Source: Bilabrum cf. latius | Taxonomy: Eukaryota | Reading direction: 5' to 3' | DNA: 64,000 nucleotides | Assembly (NCBI GenBank): GCA_965178125.1 | Contig: OZ237735.1 | Location: forward strand, 2,108,001-2,172,000 | Shown here: one piece after another, positions 47,301-62,300 of the stretch | How the letters are laid out: every line of letters starts with the position of its first letter | How positions within the stretch are numbered: the first letter of the stretch is position 1 | Translations under genes and position numbers: made by a program | The notes under the pieces: generated by a model | Seen by the model: only the letters and a program-made list of their open reading frames with translations | The model's database searches: none | Told to the model about the DNA's origin: nothing

Positions 47301-50300
47301 TCACGATACGTCTCAGCCGCAGTACGGTGCATCTGCCCGGACTGCACAAATTCCGGAACGGAGGTACTGAGGATGCCAAGAAGCCTAGTAAGCTCACGCA
47401 GGACAGCCCTCAACCTGGCAGTAACCTGCCGAGCCGCGCGCGACTGCGCAATCTGCTTCTCCTGCTTCTCGGCATCCGATATCACCGCTCGCAAGCCGGC
47501 GGCAACCTCATCGTCGGCGTCATCTCCGTCCAAACCAGGGTTTGAAGCCGCAGACCGACTCGAACTGGCGCTCGCGGGACGGTCGCTGTCATCGTCTCCA
47601 TCCTCATCGTCGCCGCTCTTTCCCTCGGGCTCAAGCACGGCCGCATTCTCAATTATGGCAGCCTGCAGCAACTCGAGAAGGCGGGGTGCCGCTCGCGTGA
47701 GTGGCGACACTGACTCGAGCAGCCTTCCGGCGGACGCCTCGACGCCCTCTTCCTCCTGGTGTGCCCGCTCAATACCATTAAGCAGATCTTCACCGTGCCC
47801 GCCGGCTCCAAGCTCCGCAGTTGCCTTCCAGAGTGGCACTGCCGTCTCCCGTCGGCTGCGCTCGCCGCTGATGACCGACGCAAGGCGATCGGAAGCCGAC
47901 TGAATCGCAACAATGCTGGAGCGGAGCTATCCGATGGTACTATCAGGAACAATCCGTCGGACAGATGGTGTCCTGGATGCCTCCGCTTCAGCAGCAGCCT
48001 TGGCCTCGGCCTCGGCCTCGGCTCCACCATCAACGTCGTCGGCTACTTCCATGCCAACATCCACTGCAGCAGACGCGCCACCCTTGCCTGCGTCGCCCCC
48101 ACCAAGCTGGCGAGATGATGTCGAAGATGGCACGATAGCTTGACCAGCTTCCAGCTTTGTGGCTTTGCCAGTTTGCATCTCATCCACAGCGGCCTCTGTG
48201 ATGCTATCGACGCCTGGCTCCATCTGGTTCCTAGCAGCGGCAAGGGCAGTAGCAAGGTCATTCTCCGCGTTCTGAAGACGCCTGTCAAACAGGGCTCTCG
48301 CAGACAGCTCGTCCGCCACGGCACGTGCAACTGTCGCCCGGCGTTCGTCATCGTCCCGGGATGCGGCTGCAGCAACGTCTCTTTCAAAGGACGACCGGGC
48401 CAGCATTCGCTTCAGTGTTTCGGCTTCCTGCCTCAACGCCACCAGCAAGCCGGATGTGCCGCGGGCCTGCCGGCCAAAGCCCGTATCGATGGCGGACCTG
48501 TGGTGCTCCAGACGCTCTACAATCTCACGGAGAATAAGGTCATCGTCGTCCCATCGCTCCAGGTCTAACGCAGAGGCACCTTGCACGTCGCCCTGCCGTG
48601 CCACTGCCTCGGCTTCGGCTGCTGCCTTCGCAATGTCATCGTCAACGTTCGAGGTGCGGCGCGCGCCGTGCTACGTGGTTGTGGCAGCCAGCGGCGTGAC
48701 CTTTGCAGTGCGACCACCGACGGCCACCGCAGATGTATCATCATGACTCACACCTCCCTCAAGCGCGTCCACGTGCTGCCCCTTCTAATGGAGATTCACG
48801 AGCTGCATTTGTTCGCCTTCCGACCTGTAGGCAGGCTTCGGCGTGGTCAAGCTACGACTCCAAGCACGGCTCTAGAAGTAGTAGAGCGCGAGCACTGTGA
48901 GAGCAACGCATAGTGAGAAGCCCGCGAGCACTCCAATGATCAGCCGCCAGTTCACCTCAAGCAGGATGTCATCGGACCGGCGTGCGCCTACGAGAATCAT
49001 GTTGCTCTCGGTTTGAGGCACGATTGGGCCATCAGTCGGGCATTCCGAGCCTGCAGCCATCACTACGGCGATCAGGCGCTGCGAATCGCTCTCCGAACTT
49101 CGGAATACGTACGTGCCTGGCTCAGTAAAGGTAAAAGCAAACACCGACACGTTGGACGACGAGCGCATGGCCTCGTCCAATCGCCTGAACGCGCCATAAT
49201 CGAAGTTTTCGTTGGTGTTTAGCAGCGAGTCCTTGCTATACACAGGGTACGTCCCGGAGCTCACGTCGAAGAAAATGCCATCCCCCAATCTGAGACAAGA
49301 GACGGGAGCTGGCATCTCAGACGGACTGCTGAACCGAGAGCCGCTAGAAGTGACCCCGGTCAGCGGAGAAGACTGCAGCAGCCTGCCATTCGACTGCGAG
49401 TCCGACTCAAACGCAAAGTCACTCTCACGGAAGGCCCGCGACAAGTGAGCATGCGGCACACCCAGGCGTGCAGACAATCGAGACCAACCACGTTCAGCCG
49501 CACGGCGCTCAGCCTACGTAGCTGGGACGCCCACAATGGACGAATCAGCGCCGTCCAGCCACTCACCAGATGCCCAATCTTCTTCGGATGCCAATGTACC
49601 GGACAACATTTCGGTGCCCATTCCGCGGATACCATGCAGTCCGAGGGCATCAGATCCAGTCATGGAGACCCCGCCGTACAGGCGATTATTCAAACTCCGC
49701 TTCGATGCGACCCGCGCCATTTCCGCATCTCTCTCAAGCCGACTCTCAGACCCGAATCTAGCCACGTAGCCAGCAGTTGGGACATCCCGGGCTTCCAACC
49801 TGCGAGAGCTCGTAGTGATTGCATTTGCAATCGCCGTGCGAAGAGAAGGTGGCAGGCCGTACACGCCAACAAATCCGCCTCCAGTGGCGGAGTCTTGCAA
49901 GACCATGCTCTGCATGTCACACGTCCGTGCGCTAAACGTGGTCACGCTGCCATCCGCAGACTGAGCGGAAATGCCGCTGTTGCTGCCATCCTGTGCTGCC
50001 AGAGCATCGCTGGCGTCAGCTGAGGACGGATCAATGCCATCCCTAAGCAATGGCTGGCAGTTAAACGAAGAAATGAGCGGGTTCAGGATGCCATCAAGCC
50101 GAACGTAACTTGTGCTTCCATCGGGTTGCGGCACTGCGACCAGCAACGGAGATGCCGTTGATGAGAAGGAAGCGCATGCCGTCTGGTTGCCATCTGCGCA
50201 CGAAGTTGTCTGCAGCCTGCGAGCACCTTGTCGCAAGCTTTCCCTGAGCCTGCGGCTGCTGCCAGCAGTGCCTCCAACTGTGACCGCAGTGCCTCCAGTT

Positions 50301-53300
50301 GCTGGCAGCTCGATCCGGAGACTCTGCAGCTGGCAATCCAAGTCACAGACATCGGCAAGCTGAGGTACCGCGTCACAGTCGCACAAACCGGTACGAACGT
50401 CGTAGGTGCCTGTACCCGCAAATGGAGCGCACGGCCCGGCGCACGCTGTCGCATCGTCTACAGCTTGGCACTGACCATCCTCACCTCGGGCCGCGCCCTC
50501 GAAGCACTGGTCGTAGATCTGCGGCTGGCAATCTGCTGTGGAGTCTTCGTCGGATCGAGCGACGAAATCCTCGTCGAGAAACTCGTGCTGGGGAGCGCAG
50601 ATGCACTTTCCATCGGACGGCTAGAACACGCGGTTCAGACCAATGCAGTCGCATGTGCTTGATCGAGGCGGGCTGGTGGAACTCGAAGAGCATGGGATGC
50701 AGGTAGACTGCCCCAGCTCTGAGTTGTAGAAGCCAGCCCGGCACGAAGTGCAGTTAGCCAAGAAACCCTGCTGCGACAGCGCGTTGAAAGTACCGGATGG
50801 GCACGCCGCCTCTAGAACAGACCCAGTCGGGCAGTAGTGGCCTACTGGGCACGGGTAGCCACCATCCGCCTCGAGAGTTTGAGGCCGTGCAGTCTGTACG
50901 CCCGGCTCGGCACAAACGAAGCCGGGAGGACAGTCGAAACAAGTTGGACTCGACTCAAGATCCGAGTACGTACCCGCGGGACAAATCTCGCAGGCATCTT
51001 CAAGCACGACCCTGCTAGAGTTCTGTGTGGTCGGAAGCACGCGAGTGCCACGCGGGCACAGGTAGGGCCTGTCTACGCCTGGTGGGCAATACCGTGCCTC
51101 CGGGCACAGGAGCGGTGCGTCAGTCGCGTTCGGACAGAAGTAGCCACCCGGACACAATTCCGGTACCTCGGTTGTGACACCGCAGAAGAATGTTCCAGGA
51201 CACTCCAGAGGCTCCACGGAGCCAACTGGGCAGTACTCGGCCTCTGGGCACGGCAATGGCGTGATGGTCGCATTGTCGGGACACATGTATCCGCCATCGC
51301 AAGGGAAGCACTCTTGTCTGGAGCGAGCACCAGGCACGTCACGGTATGTGCCCGACAAGCACGGGACGATGCTAGCATTCTGACACCAGAAACCTTCCGG
51401 ACACAAGTGTACGTCGGTTAGATTCCCGGTGCCAGGCGAGGAACAAATGTAACCGTCCTCGCAAGGCAAGCAGTCCTCGAGGCCGTCGGCCACATCCTCT
51501 GGCTGGTACGTGTCCACCGGGCACGCAATCCTGGTGTCGTTGGCGGGGCAGTAGTACCCCTCTCCGCATGCGATCGGGACAGGATTGCCCTCGAAGCACT
51601 GGAAGCCAGGCGGGCACCCGCCGCAATCAGATTCTGTCCGGCCGAACTCGAGCGATCGCACCGTCCCAGCCGGGCAGGCAACCGGGTCAGCGGTGCCAGG
51701 GGGGCAGTACCTCCCGATGGGACACGGGCCGCTGTCGGGAAGGTTGCTGGCGTCCGGTTCGGGTGTAGGATTTCCAAGACCGCAGAAGTATCCGGCGGCG
51801 CAGTCTCCAGTGATGTTTCCGTTTGTGCAATACTTGCCGCGCGGGCATGGTGTACACTAGTCGGCGCCCTGGAGATTGATTTCCGCCCCGTAGAATCCGT
51901 CGGGACACGGCTCGCCGGTGATCGAGCCATTGACACAAAAATGCAAGATGGGGCAGTCTTCCGGAAGGACGTTGCCACCGGGGCAAGTGCGTCCGGCAGG
52001 GCACTCGAGGCACTCATCCAGTCCCCCGATTGGGTTGTACGTGCTCGGCGGGCAGCCCGCCTCCCTAGTTGTGCCAGCATCACACTCGAAGCCAAGAGGG
52101 CACAAGTACCCGCCCGACTCGTTGTAGGCCTGGGCTGCACCGGGGCTCACGCCGCCAGAGCGCGGCCGCGGCGTTGATGACCCGCCAGTGCACACGTAAC
52201 CGGCGTCGCAGATGCCACCCGTCACATTGTCTGTCGGCGTCACTGTAACGGCCCCACGTCCACACCAGTGCCCAGGGGCGCACTCCTCGTCGGGCTTCTC
52301 TAGCCCCGTCGCGGTGCAAGCGCTGCCCGGAGTGCACGGGGTGCATTGTGCATCTGTCCACAGGCCTGTGCGGTTGTTGAATGTGCCTACAGGGCACAGG
52401 AAATCCCTGGGTCCACTCGTTCCGGTAGGGCAGTAGGAACCCTCTGGGCACACGATCGGCTCCGTCAGCGCTGGTGGCACCGAGCTACCGGCACCAGATG
52501 TGGGGCAGTAGTATCCTCGAGGGCATGCCTCGCACTCGATGGTGCCATTGTCAGGCGCCCAGAAACCAGGATCGCACGGCGCCGGGACGACGGTTCCGTT
52601 TCCGCACTTGTGGCCGTTAATACACGGCAATGTAGACGTTGCGTCCCCGCCAGGGCAATAGAAGCCAGCCACGCACTGAACCACGGGGACCTGAGTGGCG
52701 GAGTCTGGGCAAGTGAACCCGGGCGAACACGGCTGGCAGTCGCTGAGCTGGGTGTGGTTCCCCGACGGTGAGAATGTACCTGGTGGGCAAGGAGCTGGGT
52801 CTGAGGTACCGTTACCACAGTAGTGGGCAGCCGGACACCGGCCACCTCGCTCCAACTCGCTTACGGGAGCTGGGACCTTGGACCCAGACAGGCAGAAGTG
52901 GCCCGCGGAGCACACATCAGTCGGTTCTGTGATTGCCTCCTGCGCGCAAAAAGATCCCGGAGTGCATTGCTGGCACTCGTCCGCCTGCTGCAGCCTGGAT
53001 CGGTTCGAAAATGTTCCGATGGGGCATGGGTTCACCGTGAAATTCGAAGTGCCGGCCGGGCAGAAATACCCAGGCGGGCAATCGATCGGAAGCACCGACT
53101 CCCTTGGGCAGTACGATCGAGCGGGACACTCCTTGCACTGGGATTGCTGGTGCTCATCGTTGTACGTGCCAGCTTCGCAAGGCCGCGGGTCCGAGTCGCC
53201 ACCCGGGCAGAATGTTCCGTTGGGACACACGAGCTCTGCGCTTCGCGTACCGACCGGGCAGAAGAAACCTGGAGGACACGGCGGCCCAGTGGCGTTGAGC

Positions 53301-56300
53301 CCAGACGCAGGGCACGTGAAACCGGGGATGCAAGGCTCGCAGTCTGAGACGTTGTGGTTTCCAAACGCTCCGGTGAATGTACCAGTGGGACAACGCACGG
53401 GTGCAGGGGACCGCTCAGGGCAGTAGTGTCCAGGCGGACACACGTCGCCTTCGAACGGAAGGTTCTGAAGCAGGTCATTTGCCTGTGCCTGCGCAGCAAT
53501 CGTGAGCGCGGGCCCGTACCCGGCTGCCTCACACACAGCGTCTCCTGCCACGATCCCTACGTATCCATCCGAGAAGCCTTCAGCAGGTGCCTCGTTCGAA
53601 CTGCCACCGAGGCAGTAGTGGCCAGCCATGCACGGTCCCTCCGGAGCGGTGAGGCCAACAGAGAAACAGTAGTCGCCCGGCAAGCACAGATCGCACTCGT
53701 CTGCAGTAGCTAATCCGCTCTGGTTACTGAAGGTGCCATTCGGGCAGGGAAACTCGTACGGAAGCTCCGTCGCGGCTGGACAGTAGTGACCGGGTGGGCA
53801 CTCGAGAGGAACAACAGTGGTATTTGGGCAGTAGCTTCGCTCAGGGCAAGTTTCACAAGAGCCTTGTCCGGTGAAGTTCTGGTACGTGCCCGGCACACAC
53901 GGGGTCGGCTCCGCGTTGCCTCCAGGGCACGAGTGTCCCCTGAAGCACTCCAACACACTCTGGCTTGATCCAACCGGGCAGTAGAACCCTTCAGCGCAGG
54001 GTTCAGTTGCGTTCGTCTGGGCAGCGTCGGGGCACACAAGGCCCGCGGGGCACAGCTGGCAGGTGGACTCATTGAAGGCTCCAAGCGTGTAGGAAAAGCT
54101 GCCCTCAGGGCAAGGCACCGGATCAATGCTGCCAACGCCGCAGTAGTGGCCGCGAGGACAGACATCGCCAATGAGACCGTTCCTATTCGTCTAACCCGAC
54201 GGCGCAGGCGTGAAGCTGCCTTGCCTACAATAGTAGCCTTCCTGGCAGAATCCGTCGGGCAGACCGTCGTCACTGGCACAATACTGCCCGCCCTCACACG
54301 GTCGCGCCTCGCTGGATCCTGCGGGACAGAACTCCCCGAGGGCGCACTTTCCGCCAAAGGATGAGTTGGATGGTGGTGTAGGGGTGTTGGCACCGCCAGT
54401 GCAGAACCAGCCCGCCCTGCAGTCTCCGTCCGGATTGACGTTAGCCTCACCGGCACAGTATTGCCCGGGCAGGCAGGACACGCAAGCGTTTACGCTACTC
54501 CGCTGAGTAAGGTTGTTGAAGGTTCCCATGGGGCAAGGGAACTCTGTCTCAAAACGAGTGCCGTCGGGACAGTAATATCCCACCGGGCACGGCCTTACTG
54601 TGAAGTTCGCTTGGCCCTGCCTGCAAGCGAATCCTGCCGGGCACACGAGACACGCGCCTTCGTCCTGTTCGAAGAATGGCTGATACGTTCCTGCTGGACA
54701 CTCCCCTGGCTCGATGGTGCCGTTACCACACACAGTCCCCGGCGGGCACCGGTCTCCACCAATGAGGATGGTACTATTCGTGTCTGGGTCGATCGCAGAG
54801 GAAATCCCTTCGGCTGGTCGCGGAGAAGATACCCCACGCCGGCAGAAAAACCCGGGCGCACAGTCACCGGTTGGAGAGGATAGCCCTGATGACCCGCAAT
54901 ACCGGCCTTCGAGGCATAGCTCGCAAGTGGACGCGTCCACTGCTTGTTCGGCATCAGAGAATGTGCCCGAGGGGCACGGGCGTTCCGTGGGAGATCCAGC
55001 GGGGCAGTATGTACCTGTGGAGCACGGCCGGCTGTCCGGAACGCCAAGCGGGCCTCTCCCAAATTGGCTTGTAGATCCTGACGGGCAGAAAAACCCGGCT
55101 GTGCAGTTTCCCTGGGGGCTGGTCAGCCCTGGCAAACCGCAGAACTGCCCGGCCGGGCAGTCTAGGCAATCCGCTTCCTCATCGTACCCTTCTGCTGGAC
55201 CGTAGGTAGCAATGGGACACTGCGGTGGGTTCATGCCCTACCCTGCTTCGCAGTAAAGCCCGGCCGGACAAACCAGCGGCTAAACAATTCCTAGACCTGG
55301 GCAGTAATAGCCCGCAGGGCACTGCGTGCACTGCTCCAGCTAAGTCAAGTTCGCATACGTCCCGTCCGTGCACAGCTGGGGCGCAAACGATCCCTCTGGA
55401 CAGAAGTTTCCCACCGGGCACGGCCCATTCACGAGGGGCTCTGGGTCATCGAAAGGAGTTGCCGAGTCGGAGCCGCCTCCGCAAAAGAACCCAGCCTCGC
55501 ACTTGCCTACTGAATCCACCAATGCAGTGCCGTTGCAATGCTCTCCGGGCAAGCAGTCCAAACAATCACTCAGAGTCTCCCTGCTTTCGAACGGCTGGTA
55601 CGTGCCCGGCGGGCACTCCAACGGATCGTGAGTTTGCGGCGGACAGTAGTACCCAGGCGGGCAGCGATTGCCATATGTTTCTGATACCGGGTCGGATAGA
55701 ACCGCCCCTAGAATGCAGAAATGGCCGGCCTCGCAATCACCTGTAGGTGCAGTGAGACCCGAAGTCAGGCAGAACTCGCCGGGGCGGCAAGACTAGCATG
55801 CAGTGACGTTCGTTGTTCCCTAGCTTGGGTTGAACGTACCTGGGTCGCACTGCCTAAAGAGCACGGAACCCTCCTCACAATATGATCCAGACGGGCAGAT
55901 GACAGGCGTAACCTGCGACTGCTCTTCGCAATAGAACCCTGCTGGGCATGGAAAGCATGCGCCCTGGCCTCGGATGTCGTTGTAGGTGCCTGGGCGACAT
56001 GGCAGCGGCGCACTCTACCCCTCCGTGGTGTACGTTCCATTTGGAGCCTCAAACTGCTCTGGAGTAGAGGCGCCACCAGTGCAGTAGTATCCCGGGTTGC
56101 ATGGTCCCGAGGGACCAGGCAGTGAGGTGCCGCCGCAGTAGAAGCCGGGAGGGCATTGCTGGCAATCCCGCTCCGTCGCTTGCCCGGTCACGTTCAGGAA
56201 GGACCCAAGGGGGCATGGCTGGGGCTCAAAGCTGCCCTTGGGGCAATACCCGCCGGCAGGGCAGATATCGCCGTACTCTGGAGTGAGCGGCCCATACCCT

Positions 56301-59300
56301 GAGACTGAGTCAAACCACCCGGGAGGACCCGGGAAGGAGGGCTGCGCAGTCGGCGAGCCTTCCACACAAAAGAACCCCGGATCGCACTCGCCTCTTGGCC
56401 ACGTCAGGCCGGTCTCATCGCAGTACATGCCTGGAAGGCAAAGTCTACAGTCCTCTATCTTTGTGGCAAGACTGACGTTGCCGAATCGTCCAAGAGGGCA
56501 GGGTTCGGGAAACTCAGTGCTGTTGCCACAATATGACCCTCGAGGGCAGTCAAGCGGCTCATTGGTTGCCTCGGGGCAGTAAAATCCATCGGGACACACA
56601 AGACAGTCGTCTTGCGACCGAGCCCCAGTGAAGTTGGCAAACGTGCCTCCCGCGCAAAAGTCCTGGTCCTCCCGCGACGACCCCGGCAAACAGAAATGCC
56701 CCTCCAAACAGGGACCAGACGCGTCTGATGCGCCTTCTAGACAATATGACCCGGCAGGGCAAATAGAGCATGCAGCCATGCCTGTGATCGGCGCGTGAGT
56801 GCCGGGCGGACAGGCGATCTGCCTCGCCGTAGCCTCGGGACATTCGAATCCTCGGGAGCAATTGTTGCTAGCTTCCGTGGGCAGGCTGTCCTACCCTGTC
56901 GGACAGAAAAGGCCAGCAGGGCATCGCTTGCTTGCTCCCATGACTGCGTACGACGTGTTCGCCTGATCGCAGTAGTGACCCGCGAGGCAGGGCTCGCAGA
57001 ACTCCTGACCCGGGCGACTGTACCTGCCGACGCCGCACGGCTCAGGGATTGAGGTGCCATTGATGTCGTTGCACTCAAATCCGCCGGGGCAGACAAGACA
57101 GTACGGGAACTCATCAGGGCGCTCGGACGGCCGGGATGCGCCCTCTGTCTCCTCCACGTCAGTGTACGTGCCAGGTGCGCATGGCTCTGGAGCAGCTGAC
57201 CCAACTTCGCAGAACGAGCCCGTGGGGCATGACAAGCACTCATCCTGAGACCGCAAGCCAGTACGGTTGCCGTAGGTGCCAGCCCGACACGGAAACTCAT
57301 CGGCTCGAGTTGTGTTCAGCGGACAGTAGAAGCCCTGAGGACATACGTCTGTCACGTTCGACTGTCCACCCGTGCAGTAGCTTCCTGCAGGGCACGCGGA
57401 ACACTCGTCTTGCGATGCAAGATTGTTGAATGGGGTGAATGTGCCGGGCTAGCACTGGTTGTCCTGCGGGTGCTTGGTTCCGAAAGGACAGTAGTGGCCC
57501 AAAGCACACTCTTCTGGGGGGTTCGAATTCCCACCCACACCGAAGCCACAAGCAAAACCCTCGGGGCAGATGGAGCAGTTTGCTGCAGATTCCAGGAATG
57601 TCTAATCCGTGAATCGGCCCGGCGGACACGGGTGCTCGCTCGAGTACGCCGAGCCAGGCGGACAGTAGTGCCCCACATCGCACGCACCGTTTGGCAGGTC
57701 GAGACCGGTAGTGTTGCACACCGATCCTGCGATGCAGTCCCGACAAGCCTCAGCGTCAGCCGATCCCTCTACGGGGTTGTACTTGCCTACAGGACACAGG
57801 ATTGCAATGGTCGCACCGGCCTCGCAGTACGTTCCGTTCGGGCAAGTTGTGCACTCATCCGGGTTGCCAAGGCCCTCTGTAGCCCCGTACGTTCCGCTAG
57901 GGCAGGACACGGCAGTATCAGTCCCATTCTCACAAGCGGAGCCGCGAGGACACAATTGAGAAAAGCCATCTACCCAACCATCTGATGGGCACACGAAGCC
58001 GCGCGGGCACGGTATGCAGCTGGCGAAGGATACCTAACCATCCAGCGGCTGGTAGTACCCTGCTGGGCAGGGGTAGTCGTTCGCTGAACCGGTTCCGGCC
58101 GGACAGTAGTGGCCAGCGGGACAAGTTTCCCGACTGACCTATCCTGTGCAGTACTCGCCTGGGGGGCACTCCTGACATGCATCCTGTTCGTCGCGGCCAC
58201 CCGTCCGGTTGCCATACGTGCCTGCGGGGCACATCACTGGAGATGCATCCAAGGTTGGCTCGAACCAGAAGCCAGGCCCCACCTCCGAACCCACAGGTGA
58301 CGGTTCGGATGATCCAGCGGGGCAGTAGTACCCAGGTGCACACGGATCGCAAGCTGTGCTGCCATTGCCCGCGAATCTACCTGCAACGCACTGCGTGGCA
58401 CCAGTGGCCGTGCACGAGCTCCCGCGGGGACACAGCAAGCACTCAGTCTGGCCAGCACTGTCTTGGTAGAAGCCGGGCTCGCACGGGATCTGGTCCATAC
58501 TGGGGTCAGGGCACTGATGCCCTGCCTGACAGTTTGTGCACGTGGACTGTCCACCGGTTGAAAACCTGCCAGTGGGACACGGTGTTCCAACTGCATCCAG
58601 GACTGGACACTCGAAACCAGCCGGGCACGGCGTGCACGACGTCTGGTTGCCCAGAGAGTACGTCCCGGATGCGCATGCCTGTGGAGTCTCGTCGGGCTGG
58701 CCAACCATGCTATTCGTGTACCGCAAAGGGCAGGCCGAGCCAGCCGGGCACTCAGTGCACGACGTTGCGCCGCCAGTGTCCGCTGTGTAAGTGCCCGCTG
58801 GACAAGGAAGCACCTAGCTGCTGTTCGTGTACGGGCAGTAAGATCCACGCGGGCATCGCTGGCAGGTCCGTGAGTTGACTTCGCTGTAGAATCCCGGCAG
58901 GCATGCCTCGGGATGTGTCACACTGGTTGACGTGCACTGAAACCCAGCCGGGCAATCGTTGCACATGGTGCTACCAGCCGGGGCATACTGGCCTGGGCTA
59001 CATTCAATTTCCAAGGCCACATCCGTGTGTGGGCAGGCATACCCTGACGGGCAGGTAGTGCAGCTAGTCTGTCTACCCTCCGAGTATGATCCTGGATCGC
59101 AGATGGTGATTGCTGACGACGATGTGGACGGACATGCGGCCCCTGGGGGACACTCGGTGCAATTTGCAGACCCAGCCTCAGCATACGTACCAGGCGGGCA
59201 CACTACCGGGGCGGCTGCCGGATTCTCGCACGAGCTCCCAGCTGGGCACGTCACGCAGGCAGTCCGTGGGAGGGTCGTCGAATATGTCCCTGGAATGCAA

Positions 59301-62300
59301 GGAATGGGTGGCTCTGTAGCTGACGGGCATGCGAATCCGGGATCGCACAGCACGCACTGCCCAAAGGTGAAGGCCTCCGCGTAGTACCCGCTGGGACAAG
59401 GAACGGGTGCAGAAAAGCGATCTGGGCAATACGAGCCGGCCGGGCATGGAAGACACTGTGTCTGATTGCCAACGCTGTACGTCCCGTCGGCACAAGGCGC
59501 CGGGCTCCCTGCTGGATCCGGACACTGCGCGCCCTGCGGGCACGGGAGACAGCCAACGTGTGGATCTACAGCCGTAAAGTTGCCATCAAAGGGCTCTTGA
59601 CCAGTGGAGTACAGTCCCGGCGGGCATCCTATCGCAGAGACCGCCGGGTTCGTGCACTGCGAACCAGCCGGACAGGGCGTGCACTCTGCGGAGCCCTCGA
59701 GTGCTGTGTAACCAGCCGGGCATGGCTCGGGCGCGGCAGCGCCGCCCAGAGGACAGCGGGACCCAGCCGGACAGAGCGGACAAGACACTCGCGACGCATC
59801 TAGAGCGGCAGAAGTGCCAGCTGGGCATAGCTAGGGCCCAAGCTCCGGGTCCGAGCACTGGAAGCCAGCCGGGCACGAAACGCACGACTCCCTGGATGCC
59901 GACGATGCAGATCCTGCAGGGCACACGGTGCACGCTTCAACTCCTTGCGCAGAAGCGTACCCTAGACCGCATCGAACAGGGTTTGCTTCAACGTTTAGGC
60001 ACGAATAGCCGGCAGGGCATGGGGCACAGGTACCGCGTCCAGTGTCGTTCTGGAACGTGCCCAACGCGCAAGGCTCGCAGTTGCCAAGCCCCTCGGTCGA
60101 GAACGTGCCGGCTTCGCAAGGCGTTGGCTCAAGACCAGGGTTCTAGCAGCTGTGCCCCGAGGGGCAGGGCTGGCATGTACCCGAGCCAGTGGAGTTCGTG
60201 TATGTGCCCGGCGGGCACGTAGTGCAGAATGCCTGCCCCCTAAGGCTGAACGTGCCGGTGGCACACTCCATCGGGGAATCCCCAGGAAGAGTGCACTGGT
60301 AGCCGTCGGGGCACGGTACGCAGAAGCCTTGGCCCTCTAGTGCGTATGTACCATTGCCACACAGCTCCGGGGACGCCTCGGCTGCGAGGCAGGAGAATCC
60401 GGCAGGGCATGGCTCACAGCTTGTCCTGCCATCGGTTGGTGTAAACGATCCTGGAGTACACCGCTACGGTGTAGAGCTGGGGTTGGGGCAAGCAAAACCC
60501 AATGGGCACCGTTCGCAGACGGCAGACCCCGTCACGTTCGTGTAGTATCCGGTGGGGCAGGTTTCACACGTGCCATTACCGATTGAGCTGAAGGTGCCGG
60601 TGGGGCAACGCTCTGGCGTTGCAGCAACATCGCAGCTAAACCCGGCAGGGCACAGCTAGCAGCGCGCCGTGCCTGGAATCGCAGAATATGTGCCCTAGGA
60701 ACAAGGCAAGCATTGCGTGTCTGAGGAGGCGTTGTACTCAGGCTGTTCTGTTCCTGCAGGACAGTCGATGGGCGGGTCGCATCCACCAAGCGAGTAAGTC
60801 CCTGGCGCAGCCGGGACACAGATGTCTGTGCCGTTGCAGGCGACACTTGTCTCCCCAGCTGGACAATTCCGGCGGCAAGCGTTGTCGTTATCAAAGATAG
60901 TTACCGTCTGCACTGAGCCAGGCGTGAACGGTGCTGCGGCACTGTTGGCGTAGGCAGGATCTGTGCTCGTAACTGTAAGACTGACGCTTGCCGTGTAGGA
61001 CGAGCCCCTGTCAATATCATCATCGCGTGTGATGATGTCAACTTTCTGCGGTACGTTCCAGTCACCGTTCGTGAATGTTAGCGTGGAAGCACTGAGATTC
61101 AGGAGGCCAGGTGACGCAGTGGAAACCCCAATGAAGACGTCAGCCTGCGGCACTGATTGCAGGACGACAGTGAAGGTGCCGTTCCCGCCCTCCTCGGCAA
61201 AGATAGGCAGTCCATCGAGCAATACCCCAGACTGCTCATTGTCGTAGATCCTGAGGGTAACCGAGTTGGCTGGCAGGTAGTTCACGGTAGCGTCGTCGTA
61301 GTTCGTGTCGGTGGAAGTCGCCTCGATTGTAAGCGTAACCGTGTGCACAGCGCTTTCGACAATATCGTCATCAGTTGCCGTGACAACGACCGTTTGCGGC
61401 ATGTTCCAATTCGCTGACGTAAACTGCAGGGACGCTGGGCTTGCCGATGCCTGCGAGCCATCGCTGACGGTCACTGTGACATCCACAGGGTTGCGTGGCT
61501 CGCTTGGAATGCTGACGGTAAAGCTTGCAGAATCGCCTTCGACTGCGGCGATCAGCTGGGTCGAAAGCTGAATGTAAGCCTCCTCGTCGTCGAACACGAA
61601 AACCTATACAGAAGCTGACGGTAAGAAGAGCGCTGCAGCAGCGGTGCTCCCCAGCGACGTGCTATCAAAGGCAGGGTCCGCGGATTGCGCTGCGTGTAGC
61701 ACCGGTTCAGACAGGACGGCATCAAGCAGGTCATCGTCGAGAGCCGTGACGGTGAAGAATTGGGCAACGTTCCAATCACCAGATGTGAAGGTCAGGTCAG
61801 CAGGCAGCACAGTCACTTCTCCCGTGAGCTGGCCGGGAAGCGTCACGTTGACCACAACGTTATCAGTTGGGATGCTGCCGAGCACGACCGAGTACTGCTT
61901 GGCAACCCCTCCTTCTGCAACTGCAACCGTCTAGGCACCCAAGAAAATGCTGGCTGCTTCCACCTCAAACACTCTCACTGTGACGGTGCTCTACGGCGCA
62001 AATACAGCGTTGGCGGTGCTATTGTACCCTGGGTCTGCAGACTCAGAGGAGTGCGAAATCGCGTAAGTCTCCTGGCCCTCTACCACGCCATCCGTGATGG
62101 CCTGCACCTGGATCGTCCTGACTGAATTCCAAGCGATGCTGGCGTCCGCGCCGACGTCGACGGTGGGGTCAAACACGAGGATCCTGGGCGAGACGTACAG
62201 ATCATCGAGCGTTGCCAGCGACGTGTCTAGCGTCACAGTCACTGTGCTGGTTGGCCTGGAGTCCAGTTGCACAGTATACGTCGCATTCGAAGCGCCCTCC

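Noticed and set aside
41286-47903. Long plus-strand ORFs (e.g. 41286-42740, 43019-44011, 45957-46820, 47061-47903) and similar antisense ORFs throughout the window
   Set aside because: Shadow frames of GC-rich coding sequence on the opposite strand; Ser/Leu-rich with no motifs.
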